From assembly GCF_009914755.1 (NCBI RefSeq), contig NC_060935.1: 64,000 nucleotides of DNA; one strand, 5' to 3'. Position 1 is the stretch's first letter, and each line of letters opens with the position of its first letter. Positions 40,386-59,832 of this stretch are shown piece after piece. Source of the stretch: the human T2T-CHM13v2.0 reference genome, Homo sapiens. The notes beneath the pieces are model-generated. The model did not search any database and was not told the origin of the DNA. It saw only the letters and a list, made by a program, of their open reading frames with translations. Position numbers and translations under genes: made by a program.

Positions 40386-42554
40386 GAGGAGATGCTCAAA
40401 TATTTGTTAGATGAGTGAATAAAAATTCACCCCAGACTTTTTTTTTCCTTCCAAAGGGCCCTGTGGCTTCCTTCCTCTAAACCCATTAAACAGTGCCATC
40501 TGCAGGGAAGGCAGCTCATGACATCATGTTTAAATATTAGAAGAACAATAACAAGGTAAAAAAATTGGCAATGCCACCATTCAGCTCTCTGTGAGTATCT
40601 CTTAAAACTAGAAGTTTATTCTGACCCATCCATGAGTCAGATCTAAGATAAGCAGTTATTATCTTTAGGCAAGACTGAGTCGGCACATCAGATAGATAAA
40701 GGAAAGAGAGAGAAAGAGTTAAAATGTTTGTGCAGCCTATATTTTTCTGGCTAACAGCCACTAGGAAAAGCTGGATTGAGAAAGACCTACATTAACTTTC
40801 TTGTGTTCTAGTAACTAAACTTTTAGGCAAAGCCTAAGACTGTCCTGTTTAAACGAACTGTTTCTATCTAATAAGAAATTATAATGATATGGTATGATGG
40901 CAAAGCTATTTTAGAGGCCTGGACTCTCCATTAACCACAGCAGTTTAGCAGAGAACAAGGTCTCTGCCACAATCCATTATCCTAAATTAGCACGTGGGTG
41001 TTGGAGATGGGGGATGGCATGACAGCTCCATATGAGTATTAGGGGTTAATAAATGGAAAAGGCTGCTGCTGCTAAATCCAGCCCTATAATTACATTTTGG
41101 TCTCTGGGTCAGTTCCAGGTCACTAGCATCTCAACTAGCCTAAAACCCATATAATGCTTATTTGTAATTTTAATTTTTAGTTCCGTATTAATGGCATTTT
41201 ATATGCCCCCAGTCATAATGGAACAAGAGTGAATTTGGGCATCAGAGATGCTGATTTTACTACTGATGGAATCTCAGGCCTACGTGCTGTCTGAATGCTC
41301 ATGCAGTGGTTGTAGATACTGTACTTTACCTTTTAGATGGTGAGGGTGTTGAAAAGGTATTTTTTTTTCATTTCCATGTAGGTGCTTTTGTGACCATAAA
41401 ATCAGTTTTACAATTAAAGTGATGCCTACATTCCTGCAGTGCATCTCTTTTCAAGAGCTTTGTTTAATAATCTCTACATGCAATAAAGGAATTGCATCTC
41501 TCTCTTTTGTGCCTCTCATGGACTTTCTTCCTTCCCCCGGTGCCCTCTGCTGCATTCTTCCTTCTTTGACTGCCAGTCCTGGTTTCTGACAATGTAACCT
41601 TGGCTGGAACTTAGGTGATGATTTTGCTTTCCTTGTTTGGTTGAGTAAACTTGTAACCCCAGGAACATGTGGAAAAAAATAGGTATAAAGTGTGCATGTT
41701 GTGTTTATAGGGATGTGGTGAAACATTTTCCAGTCACTATGCTGCTTTATGGGTGCTGTGACTTAAGATGCTTAAGGGGATTTGAGCTACTAAATATCTA
41801 AGTTTCAGTTTGTATTTATGAGTGTGATTTAAGTCATTGGGAGAGTTTATTCTAATTAGTAAGTCTGCTTTGTTAGAAATTTGAAACATTTGAGAGAATC
41901 AGATATATTAAATATGTAACTATACTTAAAATATCTGAGGATATTGACATTAAATTGCATCAGATGAGTAGGGAAGACATCATTTGTAAACTTGGATTAA
42001 TTGTACATTAATCAAAGAAAAAGTAAAAAAAGTAATGATTTTAATACTTGAAAAAATAGGATTTATAGGTTGAGATACTTTAAAAAGTTTTACATATGTT
42101 TCATCAATATAATACTTATTAGAACAAAATAAAATTAAAATTTTCTTGCACAGAAATGCCTTTAAGATAGTAAAATGTCAGTAACAAATATCACATACTT
42201 AAAATTTAGTTCCATAGAAATATGTGATCTGGGAAACTGCAGTTTCTTAACAAGGCTGTGCTTTCTTGGAGAAAATGTATGGAAACAGGACATTGATAGC
42301 TAGGAACACCTTCTCCAAAAATGACTGGGTATCTTATGATGCCTTTGGGAAAAGGCATCTACTGAGGTGGTCATATGATTATTCTTTTTTATTCGGTTTA
42401 TATTCACTAGAAATTGTAATTTTCACTGGATATTGAAGCCTAGATTGTTATTTTTTAAGTCAGCATTTTGAACATGAATTTTTGTCTACTGTTCTCCCTA
42501 TTTCCTTCTGATACATCAGCCTTCATTCTTATTACTCTCCAATTGTAATGTGTC

Positions 42555-42921
42555 TATATTAGTCTGTTCTCACACTACTATAAATACATATCTGAAACTG
42601 GTTACTTATAAAGAAAAGAAGTTCTGCAGGCAGTACAGGAAATATGGCTGGGAGGCATCAGGAAACTTACAATCATGGCAGAAGGCGAAGGGGAAGCAAG
42701 CATGTCTTACATGGTGGGAGCAGGAGAAAGAAAGAGTGAAGGGGGAGGTGCTACACACCTTTAAACAACCAGATCTTGTGAGAACTCACTCACTATCATG
42801 AAAGCAGCAAGGGGGAAATACATTACCATGATTGAATCACCTCCCCACCAGGCCCCTCCTCCAGCACTGGGGATTACAATTTGACATGAGTTTGGGAGGG
42901 CCACAAATCCAAGCCATATCA
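42555..42921 (-). mobile_element. MST (MaLR) solo LTR
   Basis: MSTA/B-type text with a perfect 5-bp TSD GTGTC (42550-42554 and 42922-42926). Confidence 0.92.
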
Positions 42922-42959
42922 GTGTCTTTTTAAAAAAAGCTTGGGAATCTTTTTATATT

Positions 42960-43960
42960 TCTTGTTTGCAGCAGGAAAATTGTCTTTGCACTGGCACTTT
43001 AGTTGCACCTTGTATAGGCATTGCATTTCTCCATCAGGTGGGCAGCTTCTGGATGGTCTGGTTTATGATATGACCTGTGGAACTCTTGATCATGTGTCCT
43101 GCCCTGCACTTCTTGTTATAAATGAGTCCATTGGTCTGGCATGATGTTATCTGGTATCATGCTGGTGGTGAATTAAATACTCTAAGCCCTTGGATAGTAG
43201 TGTTGACTAAGGCCCTGCAGACAAACCTATACCTGGTAGGCATATGATGTGGTCAAATTGTCACCAAGTTGCTGATTGGTCTCTTCCAGTGATATGTGAT
43301 CTCAGGGACTTAGGGTTATTGTCAGGTTGGACATTTGGTAACAGCGGTAACTCGATTAGTTTTGTTAAGTCAGAACCCATGCTATTAAGCCAGATATAGC
43401 CTCCATCCTTGCCACCACAGCTATTCTGTTTGGGTTCTCTTGTGCTAACAATGGCATGGCTAATGACAGAAACTGGCCAATGTCAACTGGCCAAGTCATT
43501 TTGTCCACCTATTTGTATAGAAATTCTTCCATGGTGGATGCTCCTTGGTGGATATTAACAAGGGTTATGCTTTCATCTTCATGGTGGGAGATGCAAGACA
43601 CAATTATTTGTCCTTTACAGGAAATGTCCCAGCATGTCCCAGACCACCGGACACAAAAATTTCAATCTGTTTGGGCCTCTGAAATTTTATAGGGTTTATC
43701 TCCTCTCTTTGGAACTCAGGTGTCTTACCAATTCTCCCAATGTACCAGCTACTTCTTGCTTATCCAGCTCAGTTAGTACAATATTGTCAGTATAGTGTGC
43801 CACTGTGATATTCCTTGATATGTTCACATGGCCCAGGAATCTTTGGAATATATTATGGGAGGGGGTAGGAGTGTTAATATATCTTTGAGATAACACTATA
43901 CATGTATAGTGTTGTCTGTTCCAAGTAAATGCAGTTTCTGATTGACCAGATCCAGGCAGC
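42960..43960 (-). mobile_element. ERVL-class pol remnants (reverse transcriptase and integrase fragments)
   Basis: ORF 43696..44112 contains AFTWNRQHYTCIVLSQRYIN...ITVAHYTDNIVL...QEVAGTL..LVRHL, a degenerate ERVL RT (F.W.GQQYTFTVLPQGY...HYIDDI). Confidence 0.8.
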
Positions 43961-44369
43961 AGCTGCATACTGTGTCCTTGAGTTTGGGGTATCATCTCTA
44001 GCAGAAATACTACCCTTGGCACAGAGCATTTAAGAAGGACTGCAGGTTTCAGGTGGGAACTTGTGAGTGTTAGAGCTATGGCTCCAGAAAGGTTTAATTC
44101 TTGCTTCAGCACTGGGAACTGAGAAAATGGGTAACCAAAGTATCACTCGATTAGAATCAGGGACAGTAACTAAACTGATAAATGCTTTTTATGAGCATGC
44201 AAATTTCTATTTCATACCAACATCCCAACCTAAAAGTTTCCACCAGGCAGATTTGTTTGGAGAGGCAGAGGAAGAGGAGGGAGAGTGGGTAGAGAGAGAG
44301 AGTGAGCTTTTACTTGGGCTCACTCTCTTTCTTTCCTCCTGTTATAGCTACACTACTCTGAATGTTGCC

Positions 44370-44730
44370 AATGCTCTTTCCAATTCCTTTCTTCCCCTTC
44401 TCTCTTAAACTCATTTCAATTGGACTTTCACTCCCACCCTGCACCCAAACTGCTTTTTATTAAAATCAGCAATTGCTCTTCACATTGCTTCAGCAATTAC
44501 TCTCCACATTTGCTAAGTCCAGGGATTGCTTTGCAATCCTCATCTTGCTTTATCTATCAGTAGCACTTGTCTATTTTCACTACTAGTATTCTATCTTGAC
44601 TTCCAGGCTGCCACACTTTCTTCATTTCCTCCAGTATAACCTCACCGACTTCTTCTTAGTGTTTGCTGGTTCCTGTTCATCTCCCTGACCCCTAACATTA
44701 GAAGGCCCCAGAGCTCAGCCTTTAACACTT
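44370..44730 (+). mobile_element. L2 fragment
   Basis: Sense L2 ORF2-region text (ctctcttaaactc...cacattgct...cctcatcttg...ttgacttccagg...gagctcagcc). Confidence 0.55.
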
Positions 44731-44871
44731 AATCCAACTTTTACTAAATTATAGACTGTAATGATAGACATCTAATGAGATAAAATAAACTTTATTCATA
44801 AACATTGTCTTATATAAAGTTAAAAATGAAGAGAGTGCCTACTAAAAAGGGATTGTGAAAAGGTACCTGGC

Positions 44872-51058
<6,187 letters not shown>

Positions 51059-51214
51059 CCTGGCCATTTCATTTAAAAGTAAATTATTTTCTCAAGTGGA
51101 AGACAGCCTATGGAATAATTAGTCCCAACTTCCTGAAAATGACTAAGTAGCTCATCTGATGCATAATCCTTAAGCAGTGATGGAAATTGGTGTCAAGATA
51201 CGATTTGGTCAGAG

Positions 51215-51470
51215 TTGTATCTTAAAAAAATATGCAATGATGTTTTGGAGGGAAAGAGAGGGAATTGGATAAAGGAGGCCAGTTAAGAATGTGTGGTTGA
51301 GATACCAGCAATGGTAAGAGAGTGTCATGTGGAAGAGCAGAGAGTCCAAGGATGACTTGGTAGGAAATTCTAGTAGCTGACAAGTAGGACAAAGTAGGAG
51401 GAGAAGAGGAAATACTAATTCTGAGAAACCTCAGAGAAAATAAGAGAAACTTGAGTGGAACACTCTCTTT
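51215..51470 (-). mobile_element. L2 fragment
   Basis: Purine-rich antisense L2 text (gatttggtcagagttg...gagtccaaggatgac...). Confidence 0.5.
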
Positions 51471-52207
51471 CACTCAATGGTATTAGCTGGACCCAAGGGG
51501 AAAAAAAGCATGGGACTAAGAAGAATTATTGAGTTCCAAACCTTTAGGATGGAGCCATCAGGTTCTAGCAACTACAAGCCCCATGACTCATGGTCACTGA
51601 GAAACTACCCCTTCAAGGCACCATAAGTCAAGGTCCACTCTTATACCCTGCCGAGAACACATCCAAGTCAAGGAAACAAGTAGAAATAGCAGTCCTCCTA
51701 ATACCTCCAGGGTCTTCATTATGCTGGATCATGGACTAAGACCTCCTGAGGCAACAGCAGTTGGAAGGTGCTAGGAAGCCTGAAGTGTTTTTAGAGCCAG
51801 TGCCACACTCAGATGTATTCAATTAATCTAATTTTCAGAGACAAGAGAGAAAATCTTTCACATATTGTCAACTCCACCCCCTAGCCTTTTCTTGATCACT
51901 TTGGTATAGGAAACCATAGTGTTATAATAAGGGGACACAACAAAGTGTTATGTAGTGCCCATAGAACTGTTATTTAAGCACTTTTGAAATGCTTAAATAG
52001 ATGTCATTTGCTGGCCAATTTTTAATACTATATAAGCTCATTTAGAGATGCAACAAAACTTTGACCTGATGATGTACTTGTACTTCACTACCCACTGCTA
52101 GAGCCATTTTTCACAGTCTCTGAATTATATTGTATCTATCTCTATAATAATAACATATATTAATCTTACATAAACACCCCCCCTGTAAGATTAAGAGCTT
52201 ACTTAGA

Positions 52208-52508
<301 letters not shown>

Positions 52509-52892
52509 TTACTTAGAATGCTAGTAGGAGCTGCACCAGTAGCTGCAGAATTTACCTAATATTTGCAAAAATCATCCTTGAAGAGTCCCACTCACTTAAG
52601 TGATTTCTGAATGTCCTCCTCGAGTCTAACCCTTAGATTTCTTTTTCTTTTCTAAAAAGGATTTACATATCCCAGAGACACTGTGGTGTGCGAGGCACTG
52701 ACGGATGCTTCTAGGTGGACAATGTGTATCTCCTGAAGAGTCTGTTTAATCTGAAGATTCTCAAAATTCCTAATCTATGAAAAGCTTAAGTTTCCTTTAA
52801 GTTGATTCCTACGAAAATATTTATTAATTCCTCCAGTAGTGTTCCTTTTTCTACACTGAGATTTGTACAGGCTCAAGAATATGCTGTCACTG

Positions 52893-53821
52893 TGTTTTGG
52901 GATCTTTGGGGTGTCAATTTTATTTCCAGAAATTTCTGTGGCTGGTGGTGCCTTTGCCTGGGTTCTTGTCCTATGTTGAGGAAGAATGAGGTGCACAGAC
53001 AAGTGAAGGGTGAGGAAGACCACAAGGAACTTTATTTAGTGTTAGAACAGCTCAGTGGAGACCAACAGTAGGTAGCTCCCCTCTGTAGGCAGGCAGGTCA
53101 CTTGTGGAGCATTCCACTTTCAGCAGGGAGGGTAGCTTCTCTCTGCAGCTGGTCCTCTGGATGGCTACTGCTCTCAGCAGAGAGGAGGTCCTGGAGAGGG
53201 TAGCTCCTCTTCACAGGCAGGTTGTTTGGTTGTCTCTGTAGGTCTCTGAAGCTCTCAGCAGAGAGGGTAGCTCCTCTCTGCAGCTGGTCATCCTGTGTCT
53301 GTTCAACTCTGGCTGAACCCAGGGCTTTTATGGGCCTCAGAGGGGAGGAAGTGCATGCCAGTTGGCCCATGGGTGGCCGTGGGTGGGACTGGAAAAGGCA
53401 CCAGCTCCCTGTTGGGTCTGTGGGACTGGCAGCCTGGTCCCCAAACTTCAGGCCCTCCCTGGCCTGAAGGAGGGACCTTACTGGAAACCCACCCCCTTCC
53501 ACTTGGAACTTTGTCTGCCTCCTGCTGTTCATGGTGCCTGGGCTTGGCCTGACTTTGCTCTGAGATTGGAGCAGGTGCCGACAGCAGGGAGAAGCCAGAT
53601 GGCAGGGGCAGGCACTTTCTAGCCTGTGAGAGCAGAGTGGGGGACCTTTCCCAGGCCCCAAGAGTGCAGGCATGCCTGAGGCTGCAGCCACAGTTTGGGC
53701 AGTTGCAGTCCCACCCAGGAGGGCAGGGCTCCTGCCTGCTGTGTGGAGCACACAGCCCTAGTTGTGCCTCCTTGCTGCAGCCGGGATGATGGCAGGCGAA
53801 CTGGAGTGGCTGCCACCATCA
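52893..53821 (-). mobile_element. ERV1 solo LTR (MER52-like)
   Basis: TG...CA termini; minus strand starts TGATGGTGGCAGCC; internal agggtagctcctct repeats; 4-bp flanks ACTG/ATTG. Confidence 0.85.
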
Positions 53822-54349
53822 ATTGTACCACAATATAGTCAAAGAATGGATATGGCAAAATTTCCCAGACAGTCTATTAAGAGAGTTTTTTAATGACTTA
53901 TTTGGACAATTTAAAATGTTATTTAAAAGGTAAATTAAAAGGATGCTGTTGTAGAAAGGAAAGGAAGATGCCTATGAATAATTACAATAAAACTATATTT
54001 TAAGCATGCTGCTTCCAGCTATAACCCTATACACTATGTTGTTTATCTTTTTTCATTTCAGAAATAGTTAAAAAGCATCAGATAAGTAGATCTGAAAATG
54101 TCCTTAATTTTAGAAAATGACTTAAAAGCTATATCAGGTGAAGCAAATCCAGTACCTAAGTTTTAAGTATATTTCAGTCAGAAGTTGGGGGCAGGGGAAG
54201 TACTATTGAAGACAGGTGGCTTTAAGAAAATTCATGAAATAATATAAAATGCAAACAAGACAAAAATGTTAAACATAAAAAATTAAAGTCTCATCTAATA
54301 CATTCCTTGGTGATAGCCATTGTGCTCAATTTTTCTAAAGGTTTTCATA

Positions 54350-54665
54350 GTGTATGTATGCATATATATAAAATTAATATAAAATTTATATACAAGTTAT
54401 ATAGACTAATTTATATATTAATTATATCTTGTATGTTAACATTTAATATATTAATATTCACTATATTATATATAATACATTATATGTAATACATAATATA
54501 TATAAAATTAACAACATAGCTCTTGCTAAGAAATATGTATACATACTTTAGAAAACTTTGTATATATCTGTGTATGTGTACTGTATATATATGTATACCA
54601 TAGGTATGTGTGATAGGCATATATGTTATATATGTTATATATATACTGTAGGTATATAGATTTAT
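54350..54665. repeat. AT-rich, (TA)n/(TG)n low-complexity tract within an old L1 fragment
   Basis: Degenerate TA-dinucleotide array. Confidence 0.8.
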
Positions 54666-55244
54666 TTTGTTATTTTTAATTGCTGAATATCAGTGCATTG
54701 TATCCATATACCACAATTGATTTAACTCATACCAAATTATGGATTGTTGAGTTGATTCTATTTTGCTAATATTGCAAAGAATACAGTAATTGATATCTTT
54801 TAAGATAAACTGTTGCAATCTCATATCAGTATTTCTATGGGACAAAATAATACATTAGGAATTGTGATAAAGAATAAACATACTAAAAACAGTATTTATT
54901 GCTAAATTGTCCCTGAAAATTTATCAATTTACTTCATCATAGGAAGTAAATGACATTATTTCTTTTCTAAGAAAACTGTCATGACTGAATGTTAACAAAC
55001 CTCTTAAACATTTTTCCTCAGAAGGATGCAAATGATAACTATTTATTTAAATTTAATATTTTTTTGCCTATTGTTTTTGCTCAGCAAGTTTTTTTGTAGC
55101 ACAGATCCCTTTCATAAAGGCAGACCCATCCCTGAGTTGTTTTTTCCTTATGGGTTTGATTTTTATGTCATTGAAAATGGTCTTCTCCAGTTAATTTACT
55201 AAAATAGTCATTGGTTGGTTTTTAGGTCTTTTTTGTTACATTAA

Positions 55245-55815
55245 AAATCATTTAGAGGTAACTGTAAATTCATACACAGTTGTAAGAAACAACACAGAGA
55301 GATCCTATGTACTTTTCACCCAATTTTCCCCAATGGTAACATCTTGCAAAACTAAAACACAATATCACAACCAAGATATTGACATTGATACAGTCAAGAC
55401 ACAGAACATTTCCATCACCACAGTGATCCATAATATGACCTTTTAAGAGCTACATCTACTTCCCTCCTGTCCCCATCCCCTCGTAAACCCTGGTAACCAC
55501 TAATTTACTCTCTGTTTCCACTTTTTCATTTCAAGGATGTTATATAAATGGAATAGTATAGCATATTACCTTTTGGGATTGGCTGTTTTCACTCAGCATA
55601 ATTCCATGGAGATTCATGCAGAATGTTCCAATGAAGCAATAATTTGTTCTTTTTCTTGCTAAATAGTATCCCATGGTATAGATTACTATGGTTCGTTTAG
55701 CCATTCATTTAAAAAAAGGGCATCTAGATTGTTTCCAGTATTTTGCGACTATGAATACAACTGCTAGGAATATTGGTGTACAGGCTTTTGTGTGAAAATA
55801 AATTTTCATTTATTT
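55245..55815 (-). mobile_element. L1MC-type 3' fragment
   Basis: gtaa.ttcata..cagttgtaagaaa...cccaatggtaacatcttgcaaaact...caagatattgacattgataca. Confidence 0.8.
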
Positions 55816-56029
55816 GAGACATGCCCCTGACATATCATTTGCTTAATAGATATCTTTGAATAATCGAATTGATAAATTGTGAGAAGAGAATAGAAAACAA
55901 AGTGTACCACATTTAGTTATTTTCATTAATATTCTAAAATACCTGTTTGTGAGAATTTACTGTTCCATTAAAGAGGTCATTAATAGGTCACATTTCTCTA
56001 TAAAAACACTAATCTTATCAGCACAGTTT

Positions 56030-56602
56030 GTATTCTCTGTGCTGAAGATCCCCCAGAGGCACTGCAGTGAACACACAGGGATACCAGGGGATATTTTAAA
56101 AATTTCGGGGAGACAGTGAGTGATACTTGACAACTGTCAGACATGATGCAAATTACCAGCTCAAGGTAGTCCACAGTTCCACTTTGGTGGCACTACATTC
56201 TTTTCTATTAGTCCACAACTTTGTGCAACTTGGGATCTAGTGGTTGCTGTGATGAATAGCCAAAGCAGTTACTGTGGGAAAAATCCATGTGGAATAAGGA
56301 ATGAAGATGGTGATGCCCAATCTGATTTCAAGAGCTGAGATGCTGTGCAGCGTCAAACAGTTATACACATATTATTCATAATTGTGGTTAAAGAATAAAA
56401 TAAAAATATTTTCTTCCAATGTATGTGTTTTCAAATGGCTACTAAGTTGTCAGCACAAAAATACTGAAGTTATTTTGATGTAACAACATAATAAATGAAG
56501 CTGTTATGTATTTCTTTTCATGAAAGGATGCCATAAAAAGCAAACAAACAACAAAAGTTACTGTATCATTAAGAGAACTAGGTGAATGTTTGGGACCCTC
56601 TG
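56030..56602 (+). mobile_element. hAT-Charlie DNA transposon relic
   Basis: Charlie-like text and terminal ...gtttgggaccctctg. Subfamily uncertain. Confidence 0.55.
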
Positions 56603-57610
56603 CTATAACTAGTCACATATCCTAAAAATTTTCTAAGGGAAATAATTCTTTTTGTAAAAAAAAGAAAATTTGGCAAGATAGAAGTGTAATTCTCTAAACC
56701 CAAGGCAAGAAAAGAGAATGCAGATGCGTATAGGAGAATTACTCAGTATCTTCAGCCTCTGAAAGGGAAGGCTGGTTGAGCCCCGGTCCAGAGATTTATT
56801 GAGAGTGAGACTGAAGTATCCTGTTTCTCTTAGTCAGGGAGACACTTCTGTAGGCCAGACCATTGGACACCTTAGCTAGTGAGAGGATTCTTTCTTATTT
56901 TTTTCTGTCTGAATACATGTGTAAATGGGGACATAACTGCCATATTTTAGTGTTGCTAGCCATTTAGCTGAGAGTTAATTTGAATTAGTTAGGTGTCTGG
57001 GGATCCCACTGGATAGAGACAAACAAATGACACAGTTAATAGTGAATTACCAGCCCTGTACTGGTCATACTCCAGTCGAAGTAAAATGCTCAATGTGTAT
57101 TTAGCCTGCTTCTATTAATTATTATATTAAATAGGTGTAAGCGAGTCTGTTGTAATTATGACTCAGATTCCAGAAGGAATAAGTAAAATGTGACCAAATA
57201 GAATCTGAAGCAAAAATTAAACAAACTTTGAGGCAAAAATACCACAAGCAAAATCAAAAGACAAATGACTGCCTAGGAGGAAAATATTTGCATCTTATAT
57301 CGCGGATAAAAGGATAATCTCCCTAATATATAAAGAGCTCTAAAACAACGGAAAAGCTATAGAAATGTTCTTAAGATTATAACATTTTTAACTTCATTTA
57401 TTCTTGCCAAAAAGGTTCGAGTCTAATTGTGAGGAAATAATCAGATTCTGAATGAGAGTCTTTACTCAAGATAGCTAGCCAAGACTCTTCTGAAAAGACA
57501 TTTCCATACAAAACAAAAGTCATGAGGTACAACTCAATAAGATGAGAAATAACTCAATAAAAATGAATAAAATATTTGAATAGATACTTCCTTAAAAGGA
57601 TATACACATG

Positions 57611-57735
57611 GCAGTCTGGGCTTGGTGGCTCAAGCCTATAATCTTAGCACTTTGGGAGGCTGAGGCAGGCAGATCACCTGAGGTCAGGAGTTTGAGACCA
57701 TTCTGGCCAACATGGCAAAACCCTGTCTCTATGAA
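57611..57735 (+). mobile_element. Alu left arm only, following an old sense L1M fragment (about 57200-57610)
   Basis: Alu left monomer ending at ccctgtctcta. Confidence 0.85.
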
Positions 57736-58142
57736 GAGACCCTGTCACCTCTTCAATGCTTCCATCCTCACCTTGAAAGTATTGCTCTTCCAGTGATTTA
57801 ACCAGGTAATTTTTAAGATTCAAGCCACCTATTCTTTACTAGTTTATTGACGATTTGATAACAATAGTAGTTTCGCAGATTGTCAGATACACGAGGCTAA
57901 GACTGGGTGGCTGAAAGTCAGAGACATTGCCTTGTGCATCCTTAGGTACCTGTGGACAAGGTTTTGACATTCATTTGGACTGAACCTTAGCACTGTCCAT
58001 CTAGATAGCAATGTATCTGAAATGTTTTAATATACCTTTAATCTCAATACACATTAAATTAAAAAAGCATAATTATTAAAATTAAAATATATTTGTGTCT
58101 TTAACACAAGTGAAATGTAAACATTTCAAAAACTTAAAAAGA

Positions 58143-58457
58143 GGCCATGCTCAGTGGCTCACACCAGTAATCCCAGCATTTTGGGAGGGCGAGGCAGGCA
58201 GACCACTTGAGGTCAGGAGTTCGAGACCAGCCTGGCCAACTTGGCGAAACCACATCTCTACTAAAAACACAGAAATTAGCTGGCCATAGTGGCGGGCGCC
58301 TGTAATCCTAGCTGCTTGGGAGTCTAAGCAGGAGAATCGCTAGAACCCAGGAGGCAGAGAGTGCGGGGAGCGGAGATCGTGCCATTGCATTCTAGCCTGG
58401 GTGACAAGAGCTAAACTCCATCTCAAAAAAACAAAAACAAAACAAAAACAAACAAAA
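58143..58457 (+). mobile_element. Alu (AluS-like) with (CAAAA)n tail
   Basis: Full sense Alu. Confidence 0.94.
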
Positions 58458-58905
58458 ATTTTTAAAAGGAACAAATGCTAACTAATTCTATTTTTTTTCT
58501 TTCTCCTGCCATCTTTTATTGGGCACCCATTTTGTGAAAGTTAGGACACACAAAAATACAGAGGAATGATCTCAACCTTTGAAGAGCTCATCATTTAATG
58601 GCATTTTAGAACTTTTAGAACAGACTAAATTTAATGATAAAATTCAGATAATATCAAGGATAGTTAAATGCATTTATATAGTCTTTTCTATTTGTTTTTG
58701 GTAAGCTCCTACTTTCCACGTTCTATTAACGTAGGACACAGTTGCTAAACTCTAATAACTGGTTATTAGCGAAAAAAATCAGAATATATTTGAACCAAAC
58801 ATTCATTTAGGCTTGTTTTGGTAATGAGATTTTGAATTTCTCATTTTTAAGTTGGCATCTTCTGTTTTGAAGAAAGGAATCTAAATGTGAGTAACCATTT
58901 ACAGG

Positions 58906-59294
58906 CATTGCTACTCACAACGTAGTCTCCAGAGCAACATCCCTGCAATCTTAAAATGCAGAATCTTAGCCTTCACCCCAGACATTCCGAATTAGAATCT
59001 GCATTGTAAAGAGAGCCTCAAGTGATGTATATGCTCCTTAAAGTTTGAGAAGCAAACATCGCTGCTAATGGGCATCAACACAGCATGCACTCTGAAGGCA
59101 AAACCCTGTAGACCAGGGATTCTCAAAGTGTGGTCCCTGGGTGGTCAGTATGAGCATCGCCTGGGAACTTGTGAGAAACATCAATTCTCAGGTCCCAGCC
59201 CAGTCTTAGTGAATCAGAAAACTAAATGACACTCAGCTGTGCTTCAATAAGCTCTCCCGGTGATTCTGATATCTATTAAGTTTGAGTACCACTG
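58906..59294. mobile_element. Two adjacent MER5-family (hAT) elements, about 58906-59055 and 59114-59294, upstream of the OOSP1 promoter
   Basis: TIR-like ends (ttctcaaagtgtggtcc ... aagtttgagtaccactg) and aatgcagaatc/gaatctgca internal motifs. Confidence 0.8.
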
Positions 59295-59627
59295 TTTAGT
59301 TGGTGAAAACAGGTGAAAGTAGATGAAATCTTTCAATTCCCATGTTCTCAGGGCTTGGCCTTCTGAGATGCACAGAACAAGTAAATTATCATCCAGTTAT
59401 TTCTTTCGTGTTCAGATGTGGAGACAGATGTTATAGGATATTAGGAAGTTTTAATAAAGTAAACCTTAGTGCATAAAAATAACTATATCTGATGCTTTGG
59501 ACTCTAAAACAAGTGAAGCCTTCTGTTGTACTTCTATTGCACATTTTGCTTTATCTTTGCTCTTGTTTTTTGACATTTGAGTAAAAAGTGTAACATCTTA
59601 GAAAATGAAACAAAATTATATTTATGG

Positions 59628-59756
59628 CACGTGTGTGCTGTCCAAAGTTGTAATTAATTACCCACACCTATGTGTGGCTTCAGGCATTTTGGCATATAAG
59701 GCTATTCTCCCCAACTTCCTGTTTCCTGAGTGAGGTTTGGTTTTCAATCTGGGCAA
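59628..59756 (+). promoter_or_regulatory. OOSP1: Proximal promoter/5' UTR of OOSP1: E-box CACGTG (59628-59633), homeodomain site TAATTAATTA (59651-59660), TATA-like TATAAG (59695-59700)
   Basis: Motifs read directly, 60-130 nt upstream of the ATG at 59757. Confidence 0.55.
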
Positions 59757-59832
59757 ATGAAGACCATTCTGGGGTTCAAAGGGCTCTTTTATCTGCATTC
59801 CTTGATATGGACCTGCGCTGGGGACTGGTCAG
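59757..59832 (+). CDS. OOSP1: OOSP1 coding exon 1 (signal peptide MKTILGFKGLFYLHSLIWTCAGDWS, phase-1 donor); remaining exons not seen in this window
   Basis: ATG in AAATGA context, 25 codons plus 1 nt, donor TCAG|gtataa. I recognise the peptide as the OOSP1 N-terminus. Same exon-1 architecture as OOSP3. Confidence 0.85.

Noticed and set aside
41181-41490. Acceptor/donor-like sites, an AATAAA and a short LFNNLYM peptide reminiscent of OOSP exon 2
   Set aside because: Stops in the relevant frames and no ZP-N cysteine pattern; consistent with chance in AT-rich DNA.
53040-53290. Regularly spaced agggtagctcctct repeats resembling an array
   Set aside because: Internal repeats of the MER52-like LTR; not CRISPR-like, and the DNA is eukaryotic.
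53098-53751. 217-aa minus-strand ORF
   Set aside because: Lies wholly within a GC-rich MER52-like LTR and has no recognisable protein motif.
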